NCBI RefSeq assembly: GCF_006345805.1
Contig: NC_043000.1
Coordinates: 30,256,001 to 30,320,000, forward strand
Origin: Octopus sinensis
Taxonomy: Eukaryota
Reading direction: 5' to 3'
DNA: 64,000 nucleotides
The translations under genes were made by a program, and so were the position numbers. How positions within the stretch are numbered: the stretch's first letter is position 1; each line of letters starts with the position of its first letter. Below the pieces are notes generated by a model that saw only the letters and a list, made by a program, of their open reading frames with translations, did no database searches and was not told where the DNA came from. Shown here one piece after another: positions 1-13,834 of this stretch.

Positions 1-280
1 GTCTATCTGTCTATCAGTCTGTCTGTCTGTCCGTCTGTGCGTCTGTTTATCTGTCTACCTGTCTATCTGTCTGACTCTATGTATGTATGTATGTATGTAT
101 CTATCTGTCTGTCTGTCTGTCTATCGGCCTGTCTGTCTATATCAATCTATCTATCTTTCTATCTATCTATCTATCTATCTGTCCGTCCGTCTGTCTGTCT
201 GTCTATCTATCTATGTATCTATCTATATATCTACCTATCTATCTATATATCTATCTATCTATATACACATATGTATATGT
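1..280. repeat. Compound (TCTA/TCTG/TATG)n microsatellite
   Basis: Direct tetranucleotide repeats; the overlapping ORFs are low-complexity artefacts. Confidence 0.95.
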
Positions 281-414
281 AACGATAATATATTTCTGTA
301 TGCTTGGAGCCAGCAAACGATTAAGAGTGGAGTTGATTATAATCTAAGGAAGAAAATATGGGATGTTACAACTACAAACAACGCAAGAGTTATTCACACA
401 GCAATAAAGAGATA

Positions 415-798
415 AGGAGTTCTTCACTACCACGGATCACATGGTTCAGGTTCAGTCCCACTGCGTGGCACCTTGGGCAAGTGTCTTCTACTATAGCCTC
501 GGGCCGACCAAAGCCTTGTGAGTGGATTTGTTTGACGAAAACTAAAAGAAGCCCGTCGTATATATGTATATATATGTGTGTGTATATGTTTGTGTATCTG
601 TGTTTGTCTCCCCAACATCGCCTGACAACGATGCTGGTGTGTTTACGTCTCCGTAACTTAGCGGTTTGGCTAAAGAGACCGATAGTATAAGTACTAGGCT
701 TACAAAGAATAAGTCCTGGGGTCGGTTTGCTCGACTAAAGGCGGTGCTCCAGCATGCCCACAGTCAAATGACTGAAACAAGTAAAAGAGTAAAAGAGT
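415..798 (+). mobile_element. Abundant octopus-type SINE (family A) copy
   Basis: ggttcagtcccactgcgtggcaccttgggcaagtgtcttc ... internal (TA/TG)n ... gactgaaacaagtaaaagag tail; the same sequence recurs at 13.8, 47.0, 53.0, 54.7, 58.8 and 60.7 kb. Confidence 0.9.
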
Positions 799-802
799 AT
801 AT

Positions 803-847
<45 letters not shown>

Positions 848-2360
848 CGCACACATATTCAATCACACATATACGCAGGAAGAAGTGGGTGATACAGACA
901 GAATTATGGATACATACATACATATATATATACATACATGCATGAATTCCTACATGCATGCATACATACATACATAGATACACACATGTGCACATATGCA
1001 CTAAGTAAAATTATTTTGTAGCGCATTATGTAAAATATAATTCCATTTGCAATCATGTTTTCCTGTTGACAAAGCATTAATCCTCAGTCGGGAATAGAAA
1101 CATGGGAGATAGTAATGTTGAATTTTCTAAGGATTTAGCAGAAACGAAGTGAAAATTCAATAATCGATAATTGAACAATTTTCAAATCATCAAAGGCTGT
1201 ACACGCCCAATTACCATATCAACTGAATCAGCTTACTCCGTCGATTTTATTAAGCATTTGTGAAATAGTATCTGTATTTTTTTAAAATCGTCCTCGTATG
1301 ATTAGGAACAGTTTTTACGTGAGCAAAGTCTTTTGGGATATAATTGTAACAAAATATATATTACCTGCTTTTACACCTAAATCACACAAATAGTTTTCAC
1401 AATGCAGCTGTCTCCCTGTCTCATCCAAAATAATCTATTGGTGCTGTTCTTGTTATGGTTATTTTTATTGGTGTTATATTATTATCGTTGTTACTCTTAT
1501 GATTGTTATTATTTGTCTAATTTGTTATTGGCGATTGAACATCAATAATTAATCTGATTCTGTGCCTCGTGAGGACTGATTCCAACATCTAAGTCTTGCC
1601 ACATTAATTAGATGGTTATTCTCAGTACAGATAATCGTTAATGTGTTTCTTCACAGCCATTTTTCAACGGAATTCTTCATTTCTTATTCACGTCGTTGCG
1701 TCTCTTCTGTAAACGGACGTCTTCCTCCCACACTTATTTCATCACCAACTTTTACATCGCTTTACACATCTCTTTTTCTGTTCCATTAAAGCTAATTTAC
1801 TGCTTTTTCTCAAACCATTCGCAGTCACATTCGATTTCTTACAAATACCAATCATTGAAAATACCGAAATGAGTTTCATTCTGTAGAATCACCATGTTTA
1901 CAAATATTATGATTAGAATTATTTGTCTTCTTTTACATCGTTGATTCTTATTTCGGTTTTAAACATTGGCACAGCAAACGTGGTTTATCTACACGGTTTA
2001 CAAGCAACTAGCGCAAAGTGACAGCTTGTTAGCAGTCATAAAACGAATTTAAAGCAATTTTGCTTGTAATACTGTCAAGACTTTCCATATTTAGTAATTC
2101 TCTTGAGTTAAACATTAAAATTGTTGGAGAATCAAACTAAATATCTGCAGATTTTTATTGTATCTTCTACGATAAATTTCTCCATTGAAATGGAAAAACA
2201 TTCTGTCATCATATTTTCAATAAACAACAGCGGTAAACTATATGTCTTACAGAAAATGGTTTCCTCCGGTACATGCCAGGTTCAAATACAACTGAAGACG
2301 TCCTTACACTTCAGTTTTCTGAGAGCATTAATATGACTCAAACAAGATGTAATATTATTT

Positions 2361-2600
<240 letters not shown>

Positions 2601-2619
2601 AATAATATTAATAATAATC

Positions 2620-3765
2620 TCACTCCTCTGGAACTTCACCATTCAAACTGACAGAAAGATAGATGCAAATGGGCCAGACATCATATTGAAAGACTTCAGA
2701 CAAAGACCATGCCTCCTCATTGATATGACTGTCCCAATCGATATAAACGTATCTGTCAAGACCTACCAAAAACTGAGCAAATATAAAAATCTTGAAATAG
2801 AAATCAGCAAAATGTGGAACCTGAAGACTAAAACAATACCTGTTGTCATAGATGCCCTGGGAATGATAGCAAAAGGGGCTGATTGCTACCTAACTCAGAT
2901 ACCAGGAAACCCAAAAATGGCAGAAATACAAAAGATAGTGCTCATGGGAACTGCTCATATCCTACGCAAAATACTTTCTATGTATCCCAAGTTTTAAAAC
3001 AAACCTAGTTTTCGTTTTTTTTTTTTTAGACATTCACTGGTACAACACTAAATACAAAACAAAATATATGGCACACTAGGCATAACAACAACATGAACTT
3101 CCAACCTGTTGTCTCTTGAGGTCTGGGTGAGACTTGGAGCCAACTTGTACAAATATAAAGCAAAAGTCAAACATAGAATAATAATAATAATAACAAATGC
3201 CCTGATGCAGTACCAGACAGTGGCTCTCATGGCTTCTGAGCTTAACTGATTGGAAGTGTTATCATGTACATTGTTTTGTCTTGGTATAAAAGATGGGCTA
3301 CAGCAAATATTCTGCTCAATACCACAGATTTGCTTGTCAGTTGTTTGACCTTAACCAGTTGACCATGTCCCTTAGTGGCTGATGATATGTGCATCTCTGA
3401 CCACAAGCAGAAGTAGTGGGGGAGCATCAAATCCATGTGTTGAGAGGGATTCTTTGGGGTTTGAATAATTCACCTCTGGAAACATGGGTGTTTTGCTCAA
3501 CATCCTTAAACATCCCTTATTCAGGGACCTTTTGAGCGGGATGGGTTACTCGACCAGAAGACAATTCTAACTGGGCCCTACCTGCAAGGTCATGCGCTGT
3601 TTATCTTGATATGAGATCACCATGTCGCCCACATATGTTTGTGATGCATGTGCCTAGTGTACCCTTATCAGACGGGTAGTCATGATGGTTATATTGGTCT
3701 TCGTATATTTTACCCCAGAGTCACTTTGATGGCATGCACTGCTCTCTCACTCAATTATAATAATA
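2620..3765 (+). mobile_element. 5'-truncated R4/Dong-like non-LTR retrotransposon: restriction-like endonuclease C-terminus plus 3' UTR
   Basis: ORF 2593-2997 has PDIILKD..CLLIDMTVP..K..KLSKYKNL..W..IPVVIDALG, a PD-(D/E)xK RLE pattern; flanked by (TAA)n. That 3000-3765 is its UTR is inferred. Confidence 0.8.
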
Positions 3766-3769
3766 ATAA

Positions 3770-3950
3770 CATCGAAAAATATCTCACGAATGAGAACCTA
3801 GGTTCAAAATTTCCCCAAGACACCTGATGAAGGCTGGAGGGTATATCAGTCGAAACGTTGTGATAACAACAAACAAGATGAGGATAAATATCTGTCAAAT
3901 GTAAATAATGTAAATAATGTACATAATTCCTCATGTCTTAAATATAGAAC
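3770..3950 (+). mobile_element. PLE-type terminal segment containing a minimal hammerhead motif (3819-3864)
   Basis: gacac-CTGATGA-a-ggctg..cagtc-GAAA-cg-T-T-gtgat; homologous to 48245-48410 (minus) and 48745-48945. Confidence 0.7.
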
Positions 3951-4049
3951 AGGTATATTGGAGTTCGCTTTTGGATGTCAACTATATTAAACAAGCAATT
4001 TTGGTTTAAAATTTTGGTACGAGGCCAGCAATTTTGTGAAAGGGGATTA

Positions 4050-4380
4050 GTCCGTTACATCGACCACAGTGCTCAGCTGTTACCTATTTTAACGAATATG
4101 CAAAGATAAAAGGCATAATCAATCTCGGCAGAAATAGATGTAAAAGTGTAAGGAAGGACGAAACGCCGCTAAGTATTTTACACGGCGCAGTAACAATTCT
4201 GTCAGATCACCGCCTTTTAAGTAAATAATAATGATTTCAAATATTGGCACAAGGCCAGCAATTTTGGAAGAGGCGCTAGTCGGCTTTATCGACCCCGGAA
4301 TGATTAAAGGCCCAATCGACCACAGCGGCACTTTGAACTCAGTACGGCGACGCAATGAATCTGCTAGCTCGCTGCCTTTA
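4050..4380 (-). mobile_element. Degenerate SINE family C copies
   Basis: ctttgaactcag, aaggacgaaacgccgctaagtatttt and aaattttggtacgaggccagcaa motifs shared with 16.7, 41.3 and 44.9 kb. Confidence 0.55.
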
Positions 4381-4766
4381 AATGATTTTTAGAAACTATA
4401 ATACAGCAAAGATGAGTCAACCAATAGTGACACACGTCTATAAAAAGAAAACTAATATGCTATGAACCAAATTAAGAATTCGACATTTGTTTCTGACAAA
4501 TAAAGGTAATTTTTGGTTTTTGCTTGTCGATAACCACAAGAATCTGTAGATCTGGTGAGGAGTCTTACGTCAACGACTTTATCGAGATTATTAACGACTT
4601 AATGAGGCTTGATGGAGGAATGTAAAATACATTACAAGCATAGATATTTAACACAAATATTGTTTTTTACTTTCCTGCCAACTGAACAATTTAATAAACC
4701 ACACAGACACTTCAAGACACAAGATACGATGGCAGCGTCGTATATTACATACACAATCCATACATC

Positions 4767-5110
<344 letters not shown>

Positions 5111-5578
5111 ACATAGATGTATGTGTGTGTTTCTCTGTGTATCTGTGAGTGAATTAATGCAAACATGCATGCACACACATACACGCAAACACACACACAC
5201 ACAACTATATATTTGTGTATGTATGTATTTGTATATGTATGTATGTATATATGTGTATGTATGTATGTAAGTATTAGAGATCGTTATATTTCCATGGAAC
5301 TAAATATATCGGTATTGGTAAATGGATTACTTCCATTTTATTACATATTATCTGTCTATTTGTTATGTCTTCCAATTTATTTACTTCAATTTAATTTGGA
5401 ACATTGGAAAACTTGGTTACAGAGAGCCTCGTTGCCGTGGCAACGACCATCGACAATAAATTGCTATTCAAAATTTTGTGTAAAACATAAGAAATATGCA
5501 GAAAAATCAAAAGCAACTAAACTGATGCCATCTCATAAGTAGCCTGCTCAGAACCGAAGAAAACCGCGAGCACACACA

Positions 5579-5640
<62 letters not shown>

Positions 5641-5646
5641 CACATA

Positions 5647-5678
<32 letters not shown>

Positions 5679-5736
5679 CGTACACAAACATACAGACAAC
5701 ACACACCACACACACACACACACAACACACACACAA

Positions 5737-5788
<52 letters not shown>

Positions 5789-6009
5789 CGTACACAAACA
5801 TACAGACCACACACACACACAAATACACACATGCTCACGCATATATACATTATTTGACATGAACGTATGTATATATATATATATATTTATATAATCATAT
5901 ATAATCATATATATATATGCGTGGGTGTGGGTGTAAATGAATCTTTGTATATATATATACAAAGATTCATTTACACCCACACCCATATATATATATATAT
6001 ATATATATA

Positions 6010-6360
6010 AATTTATATAAATAAGGATGAAGTCGTTATTTTAATATCGATCTTATCAGGTGGCCAGCATGGGAATAAAAACCTTCAAAGGTAATAAATT
6101 ATTATTAAAATTATAATTTATGGTATCTAAGAGATACCACCATGCTGGAAATAGCAGCCAAAACATGACTCTAAAACCACATTAAATGTTATTACACCAC
6201 CAGGAGAGAAGACAAAGTGACAAATAAACTAGCAAAAAATTACTGGATAATTCCTGTAAAATCCGAGATCTGGAATGAACATTTTATGTGGTTTTAGAGT
6301 TAAGTTTTGGCAGCAATTTCCAGCGTGGTGGTATCTCTTAGATGCCTTAAATTACAATTA
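6010..6360. repeat. Fold-back repeat, same family as 57885-58320
   Basis: Arms about 6111-6190 and 6278-6360 are reverse complements. Confidence 0.8.
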
Positions 6361-6642
6361 TATATATATATATATAGCAATTAAGGACAACTACTTAATA
6401 AGGAAAACTTAACAAGAAATTGTCAGGTAGATAGCGTGAAAACCTCATAAGAGAAAAAAAATTTCGAAAATAATTATTTCTTATTGAACATATTAATTTA
6501 TATATAGAGGGCATTATACATACATGCCAGATGGCATTATACATACATGCCACACGCTAAGAGGGACAATTAGTCATTTCTACCAAAAATATTACTAATC
6601 CCACCGAATGCAATTTTTCAAAGTAAGACATTTAAAAAATAT

Positions 6643-6690
6643 AGACCTGTATCACCGTGATTTCATACTTACGTATTCATCAGCAGGCCT
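6643..6690 (-). ncRNA. Type I hammerhead ribozyme
   Basis: Reverse complement of the 7151-7198 motif with all core nucleotides intact. Confidence 0.85.
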
Positions 6691-7150
6691 GGATGTATCA
6701 TACATAAACGACCCTGCTTCGCTTAAGCCGATCAGCTAACTGATCAACATCAACGAAGCACATGGGTGAGTTTACATATATTACATCCTGTAAATGTCAC
6801 ACTTTTACGAATTGCATTTCGGGAAAGGAAAAGTTTTTTTCGGAATAAAAATTTAGCAATTAAGGACAACTACTTAATAAGGAAAACTTAACAAGAAATT
6901 GTCAGGTAGATAGCGTGAAAACCTCATAAGAGAAAAAATTTCGAAAATAATTATTTCTTATTGAACATATTAATTTATATATAGAGGGCATTATACATAC
7001 ATGCCAGATGGCATTATACATACATGCCACACGTAAAAGTCTGACATTTACAGGATGTAATATATGTAAACTCACCCATGTGCTTCGTTGATGTTGATCA
7101 GTTAGCTGATCGGCTTAAGCGAGGCAGGGTCGTTTATGTATGATACATCC

Positions 7151-7198
7151 AGGCCTGCTGATGAATACGTAAGTATGAAATCACGGTGATACAGGTCT
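7151..7198 (+). ncRNA. Type I hammerhead ribozyme
   Basis: Stem I aggcctg/caggtct, CTGATGA core, stem II atac-gtaa-gtat, GAAA, stem III atcac-g-gtgat, predicted cleavage after AUA at 7191. Confidence 0.85.
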
Positions 7199-7334
7199 AT
7201 ATTTTTTAAATGTCTTACTTTGAAAAATTGCATTCGGTGGGATTAGTAATATTTTTGGTAGAAATGACTAATTGTCCCTCTTAGCGTGTGGCATGTATGT
7301 ATAATGCCATCTGGCATGTATGTATAATGCCCTC

Positions 7335-7379
<45 letters not shown>

Positions 7380-7496
7380 TGTATTTGTATATACAGATAT
7401 GTGTGTATATGTTTGTGCGCATGTTTATATATATATATATATATGTATGTTGTATTTGTATATACAGATATGTGTGTATATGTTTGTGCGCATGTT

Positions 7497-7554
<58 letters not shown>

Positions 7555-7725
7555 TACGTGTATGTGTGTGTGAGTGTGTGTTTGTTTGTGTGTGTGTCGG
7601 AACAACAAGAATCCCTTTCAGTTTTAATCAAATACAACATTTGTTAAGACTTTTCCCCCCTATTCTGTCTCTTGTCTTGTCTGCTTTTTGGCGTTCATTC
7701 CATCCATAATATATATATATATATA

Positions 7726-7770
<45 letters not shown>

Positions 7771-8107
7771 GTGTGTGTGTGTGTGTACATATATATAGTT
7801 CATTATAAGATATCAAGATGTATAAATATTAATCAGGAAGCAATAATAATTATGATGTCAGCGTGAATTTGAATGCTACGGCGATGTATTATTATTACAA
7901 AGCAAACTACCAAACCGATCACTGTGAAACTATCTTCACACTTTCATAAATCTTCAATGAACCCGAAAGCAATAACCTTATCTTCAACCTTTCTCTGTAG
8001 ACGAACATAAACGTTTCGTCAACCCATGCATTCAAGTATACATATATACTTACACACAAAAAAACACGCACAGATTCACGCTCACACACACACACACGTG
8101 TATGTAG

Positions 8108-8142
<35 letters not shown>

Positions 8143-8249
8143 GCATAGGCGCACACACATATACATATGGTTATTTATAGTTTTATGTACTTTAGATTTT
8201 ATCAATGTATTGGATATTTGATTTTCAACGGTTTTCTATCTTTTGGTTT

Positions 8250-8760
8250 CTAATATCTCAGGCCAACTTTCATTTTCACCTTGCCGCCTTTGAGTGCTTT
8301 GATCGCCCTTAGGACTTGAACCTCTGTGAGGTTAATCTTCACCCCTAGCTGCACGTCTTGTCCACAAGATTTCAATGCGACTAGGTTTAAATCAATAAAG
8401 TATTCTTTCCACATTTCAAGGATGTTTTTCGCTGTAGAGGGAATTCCAACTGAGTTTTAATAGCAGGCGAGGATGAGGAATTCTTGGTACCACACTTGCG
8501 GTCGATCTGCCAAAATCCTTTCGAAGTCAGAAGTGGAAGGATTTGGGCTAAACCCCAAATCATTCCACACTTTCGCCTTGAGCGCTTTTACTGTCTCCGT
8601 TTTAAACTTTACCCTCTTAGTGCACCGCATGCGCAAATGGGGTGATTTGTACACGAGCGAAGATTGGTAGACTCCTTTCATCATTAACTTCCTGGTTCAA
8701 GTTATTAACTACATTCTGGTTTCTGCAACTCTCATCACTTGTGGTAAATAATGTTGGTTA
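8250..8760 (-). mobile_element. Degraded RTE-like LINE ORF fragment
   Basis: Minus-strand translation ..NILEMWKEYF..EVQVLRAIKALKGGK resembles the linker upstream of the RTE RT. Confidence 0.55.
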
Positions 8761-9179
8761 CTGAACGAAAGAGTGCAAGCGGTCTAAAAAGAGTGCCTCC
8801 GAAAGATTTTTGGAGCAACGTTATTCAACTGCGTGTGTATCTCGGAGACCAGCGAGTCTCTCTAGGTGGAGGCGATAGTTTTTCCGCATTAGGAAATAAG
8901 ATCACGTGGTTAGAATGTAGAATTAAGATCAGGTGGTTAGAATGTCACAATAAGGAATCTCAGAACGAAAGATTTATGTCAAACTAACCAACGGGAGAAG
9001 TAAGAGTTGACCAAAACCGAGAGAGATTCTATGGCACCAAGTTTACCAACGTTCCAAATTATATTTGTGTAAATAGATCGAGAAACATAACAAATGGACA
9101 AATAATATGTAATAAACTGGAAGTAATTCATTTACTAATACCAATATATTTAGTTCCATGGTCGTCTCGTTTGGTCAGG

Positions 9180-10515
9180 CTTAGGAATTAAGCATGAAAA
9201 TATAATCATGGTTGTTCATGATAGGACAATGTATAGTTGGTGACTGAATCAATCCAAAGCTTTCGATAGGGTAGACCACTGATACTTGGAGGCTGTTCGC
9301 ATAGCGGCTGGTTTCAGTCCCGTCTCCCGCGGCTGGGTAGCTTCTTTGTACAGAGGCATCCGTTCGGTAATTCGCGTGAATGGACATCTATCGAGACCTT
9401 TCGACATTGCACATTCGGTCCGTCAAGGATACCTCTCTCGTCGCTTTTGTACGTATTGACACTCGAGCCACTACCGCAGAAGCTGGCGACGCTGAGGGGC
9501 ATCCCGCAAGAATTGCGATGCGGAACGGGCGTGTCCGCATACGCACACGACGTCACCGCCATAGTGTCTAGCCAGGAGCACATCGAGCTGGTCTGCGTGA
9601 CACGGAAAGACTACGAAGCGAAAATCAACCAGAAAAATCAGTGGGCTTGCGGCTCGGCACTTGGAAGTCAAACCCATGTCGTCTAATAGCACCTCCGTCG
9701 TGAGGCGCTGGACTGACGGTCCGGTTGAGTGGTTTGGGGTCTAGTTTGGTGCGGAGCGACAAACGGAGAAGAACTGGAACGAGAAAACGAGTATGGTGGT
9801 CACTCTCGCCGGCAATGGGCCGAGAGGAAGCTGTCCCTAAATGGTCGGGCGGAGATGGCGAAGACGTACATCGCGTCCGTCATCTACTACAGCCTGAACA
9901 TCGTGCCTGAACACCCTACCATCACCAAAATAGAACGCATTCTGTTCGGCTTCTTGTGGGAAGGATGCATTCTGATGGTCAGGCGATCCATTTGCTGCTA
10001 AAACTCGTTAAAAGGAGGGCTGGGCATGCCGTGGCTGATAATGCCAGACATGCGCTGAGACTGCGACATCTCCGGATCTACGTAGAAAGCCGGTGAACAG
10101 GTGTGGTCGCCGTTTGTGAGGTGAAATTTCCCGCAGCTCGTCTCCATGACTGAATTGCAGTCGTGGATCAAAAAGAGGCCAAGGAAGGGCGAATGACACC
10201 GCGAGTGTCGGTTGCTCTCGAGCAACTATGCTGTCCCGGGTCGACCTTGAGCAACTGCAACAGGACTAATATAAGGAATGGGTGGAGGGGAGGCACGTTG
10301 ACAATCTCGGGGCGAACCTGGGAGCCGACGAGGTATAGCTGACCGCCTGTGCAAGACGTCTTTCGGGTCGGGACCTATGGACAACAATCAAAGATCCCTG
10401 GCCTGCCAGTGCTATCGAGAAGCGCTACCCGTTCGGGATAAGCTCTACAGGCATGACTCGACAAACACGGAGCTGTCCTGCTCGAGATGCGGTCAGAGCG
10501 ACGAAACCGTTTAGC
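9180..10515 (+). mobile_element. Degraded Tx1/L1-clade LINE ORF2 (RT to CCHC zinc knuckle)
   Basis: KAFDRVDH, SVRQG, YAHD (for YADD), GGLGMP and CSRCGQSDETV motifs across frameshifts. Confidence 0.85.
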
Positions 10516-11401
10516 CCGAACTCGTGCAGTATTCAACCATTTCCGATCTGTGGGCCCAACAACCCTGGTTGCCCCAATGCCTCCGCCTGTAACTACTCCT
10601 CAGAATTGACTTCAAAATACCTCGACCGTGTCCTTGCCCCACTAGTGGCTTCACTACCCTCCCACATCCACGACACTAATCATGCTCTCCGTCTTTTCAA
10701 CTCTTGCTTCTTCCCTCCTGGCCGCTCTAAACTTCTCTTTACTCTTGAAATCAAGAGTCTATATACGGTGATCCTACACAAGGAACACCTACTTGCTCTG
10801 AAACACCTCCTAGACATTCGACCCAACCCCCACCTGACACCTCCAAATGTCGTCTGGCCGAAATTGTTCTCTCCGTCACCTGATTCTCTTTCTCGGGGAA
10901 TTTTTAACAGCATGTACTCGGGAGTGGCCATGGGAACGAGAATGGGCCCTAACTATGCGTATCTGTTCGTTGGCTACGTTGAGGCCCAGATATTCTCACG
11001 ATTCACTGGCCCCACTCCTGAACTATATGGCCATTATATTGATGACTGTATCGGTGCGACCTCACTCTCCCGCCAACAACTAGACTCTTTCTTCTCTTTT
11101 ATCCAATCCTTCCATCCATTCCACGAATTCTCCTACTCTATTTCCAACACTTCCGTTGCATTTCTCGACATTTCGGTCAACATACACCTCCCCACTCACA
11201 CTACATCATCCACTACAAACATAACCTCTCCTCCTCCCACCCTACCTCCACCAAGCTCCCTAACCCCTACTCCCAATTCTTTTGTTTATGCAGGTTCGGC
11301 AGTGATGACCGTGATTTTGAGAATCTGTCTTAACAGATACATACATACATATATACATACATACATACATATATACATACATACATACATACACACATAC
11401 A

Positions 11402-11435
<34 letters not shown>

Positions 11436-11930
11436 CATACATACATACATACATACATGCATGCATGCATGCATGCATACATACATACATACATACATAC
11501 ATACATACATACTACATACATACACACACACATACATACATACATACATACATACATACATACATACATACATACACACATACATACATACATACGCATA
11601 CATACATACATACATATAATAGGCAGCTGGTGCACTCAGGATCGCTGATCAGGGATCTTCCCTCACCGCAATCCACTCAGCCCTTGTCAGAGCTCCTTCC
11701 GTGGACCGTGCCCCTGCTTACCCGCCCCACTGTTGCCCTTTCTAGTTTCCACTCACCTACCACCCCTCTACCCTGCACCTCCTACGCACAATTCTCCGAG
11801 CCTTCTACCTCGCACATCTTCCTCAACCTACCCCTTCCCTCCTTCAAACGAGCCTATAACCTGCATGACAAACTGGTCCACAGTTTTCTTCCCAACCCCA
11901 TCTCACAACATGGGTCTTACCCCTGCTCCC
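10515..11930 (+). mobile_element. Penelope-like element RT fragment interrupted by (CATA)n
   Basis: ORF 10453-11619: SKYLDRVLAPLV..HIHDT, IKSLYT, GVAMGTRMGPNYA, YIDDC, AFLDI. Confidence 0.9.
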
Positions 11931-12026
11931 TGTCTATATATAGACGATAGGTAGATAAATTTACTTGGAATACATGCGTGGTGTTCAATCATATGATATA
12001 AATAACACATACCCACACACATAATA

Positions 12027-12094
<68 letters not shown>

Positions 12095-12745
12095 TGTTTA
12101 CATATATATATTACATACTTACATATATATGCATATAGAATACATATATGCGTACAGGACGTCACAGAATGTAAACAGCATGAAATACGAAAGCAAGGAA
12201 TGCGAACTATTTGGCGAACAACGAACGAAACAAATGGAAAAGAAGACAAGCAACATTCATCAGTTGTTACCTGTTTTATCTACTCCACATTTCGAGCATT
12301 TACGGCAATATATGCCTTTGTATAAACAGTTGCTCCCGCAAAGCAAATTAAATGAAATTCGGGATTTGCGGAGAGTCAAAGTTGATAACAAAAGCAGGAG
12401 AGTGAAAGCAGAATGAGAAAGAGCAGAGACAAGCATTATGGTGATATTCAAACGAAAATACATCTGTATGTAAACCTCATCATATTAAATGTTTGTATGT
12501 AGGAGTGCATCCCATTGACAGAGAGGACCCTTAGAAATATATTAATTTGTATAAGGCGGCATGAAAGATTTTACATGTATAAAAATATATTGACAATGAA
12601 TTGCTGAAATCAACTACAATCGCGTTGTAAGTCACATTCTTTCTGTTGTAAAAACTCGCCTGAAGGTAAGCAAATATCATGAGAGTACCAGCTGCCTGCT
12701 ATATGTATGTATATGTGTATGTATGTATATATGCATGTATGTATG

Positions 12746-12776
<31 letters not shown>

Positions 12777-12920
12777 CTAGGTATGTAGGTATGTAATATA
12801 TGTGTGTGTGTGTATACATACATATATATGTGATGTGTGTTTGTGTATATATACATAACGTACATGTATAGTTATGTATTTATGTATAAATATATGCAGA
12901 CACACATTCACACTTACACA

Positions 12921-12997
<77 letters not shown>

Positions 12998-13294
12998 TAC
13001 CCGCTCTACTTGTTAGATCATTTAAATTCTATCATGATTGACATATTGCTTATATTTCATGTAAAAAAACTGGAGACCAATTTAATATCAGCATTCGTTG
13101 TCATGGCCAGCTAGCCATGTTTAACTATGTTCCAAATACTTCTGATATAAAGAAATTGGAAGAGAAAATATAGAGATGATACGTACGCTATTAACAAGTC
13201 AAACATATTCTACTATACTAGTTGTGATCTATATAAAGTATTTATACATATATATATAGGCAGATATGTATATACGTATGTGTATATATACGTA

Positions 13295-13440
13295 ATAGAA
13301 ATATTAAAATAACTAAGTCTCTCCTTTGTGTATCAAATAGCTAACTTAAGGCGATGGCCTCATGGAGCTAATAAGCGGACAGCTTTTTTCTTATTTTTAT
13401 AAGAATGCCATATTAGTATGGCGATAACTATTATTATATA
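13295..13440. repeat. Short fold-back fragment of the 362-bp HHR family at 40.1-41.0 kb
   Basis: tttgtgtatcaaatagctaacttaaggcg..cgataactatt matches 40.5/40.9 kb and is preceded by an inverted tagaaatattaaaataactaagtctctc. Confidence 0.8.
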
Positions 13441-13792
13441 TACGTATATATTTGCAAATATATATTTGTAGTATAATAAATGGATTCAGAAAATCGTGTG
13501 GCTATTACAGAAAGCTCCTCCAACGAACTCGGCTATCAGTTCACATATTAATTCAATACAGAAGGGACGAGTGGTGAATATATTTATTCAACCGCTTGGC
13601 ATCCGTTGGATGAATTTTTCTTTTTAGACTTGTGTTTTGGTGCCTCGTCTTTGTCCAACAAAATGACCATCCCGAAATACAACAATGTATGTATGCATGT
13701 ATGTATGCATGTATGTATGTATGTATATATGTATGTATTATATATATGTGTGTGTATGTGTGTGTATATATATATATATATATGTGAGTGTA

Positions 13793-13831
<39 letters not shown>

Positions 13832-13834
<3 letters not shown>

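Larger units (their letters stand above)
6375..7345 (-). mobile_element. Retrozyme/PLE-pLTR-like element: 479-bp unit, partial tandem copy, 5' inverted copy
   Basis: tagcaattaagg at 6375 and 6854; 7031-7345 is the reverse complement of about 6497-6809; (TA)n on both sides. Confidence 0.8.

Noticed and set aside
12255-12310. CTGATGA and cGAAA on the minus strand
   Set aside because: The elements are in the wrong order and do not close the helices; at most a decayed PLE terminus.
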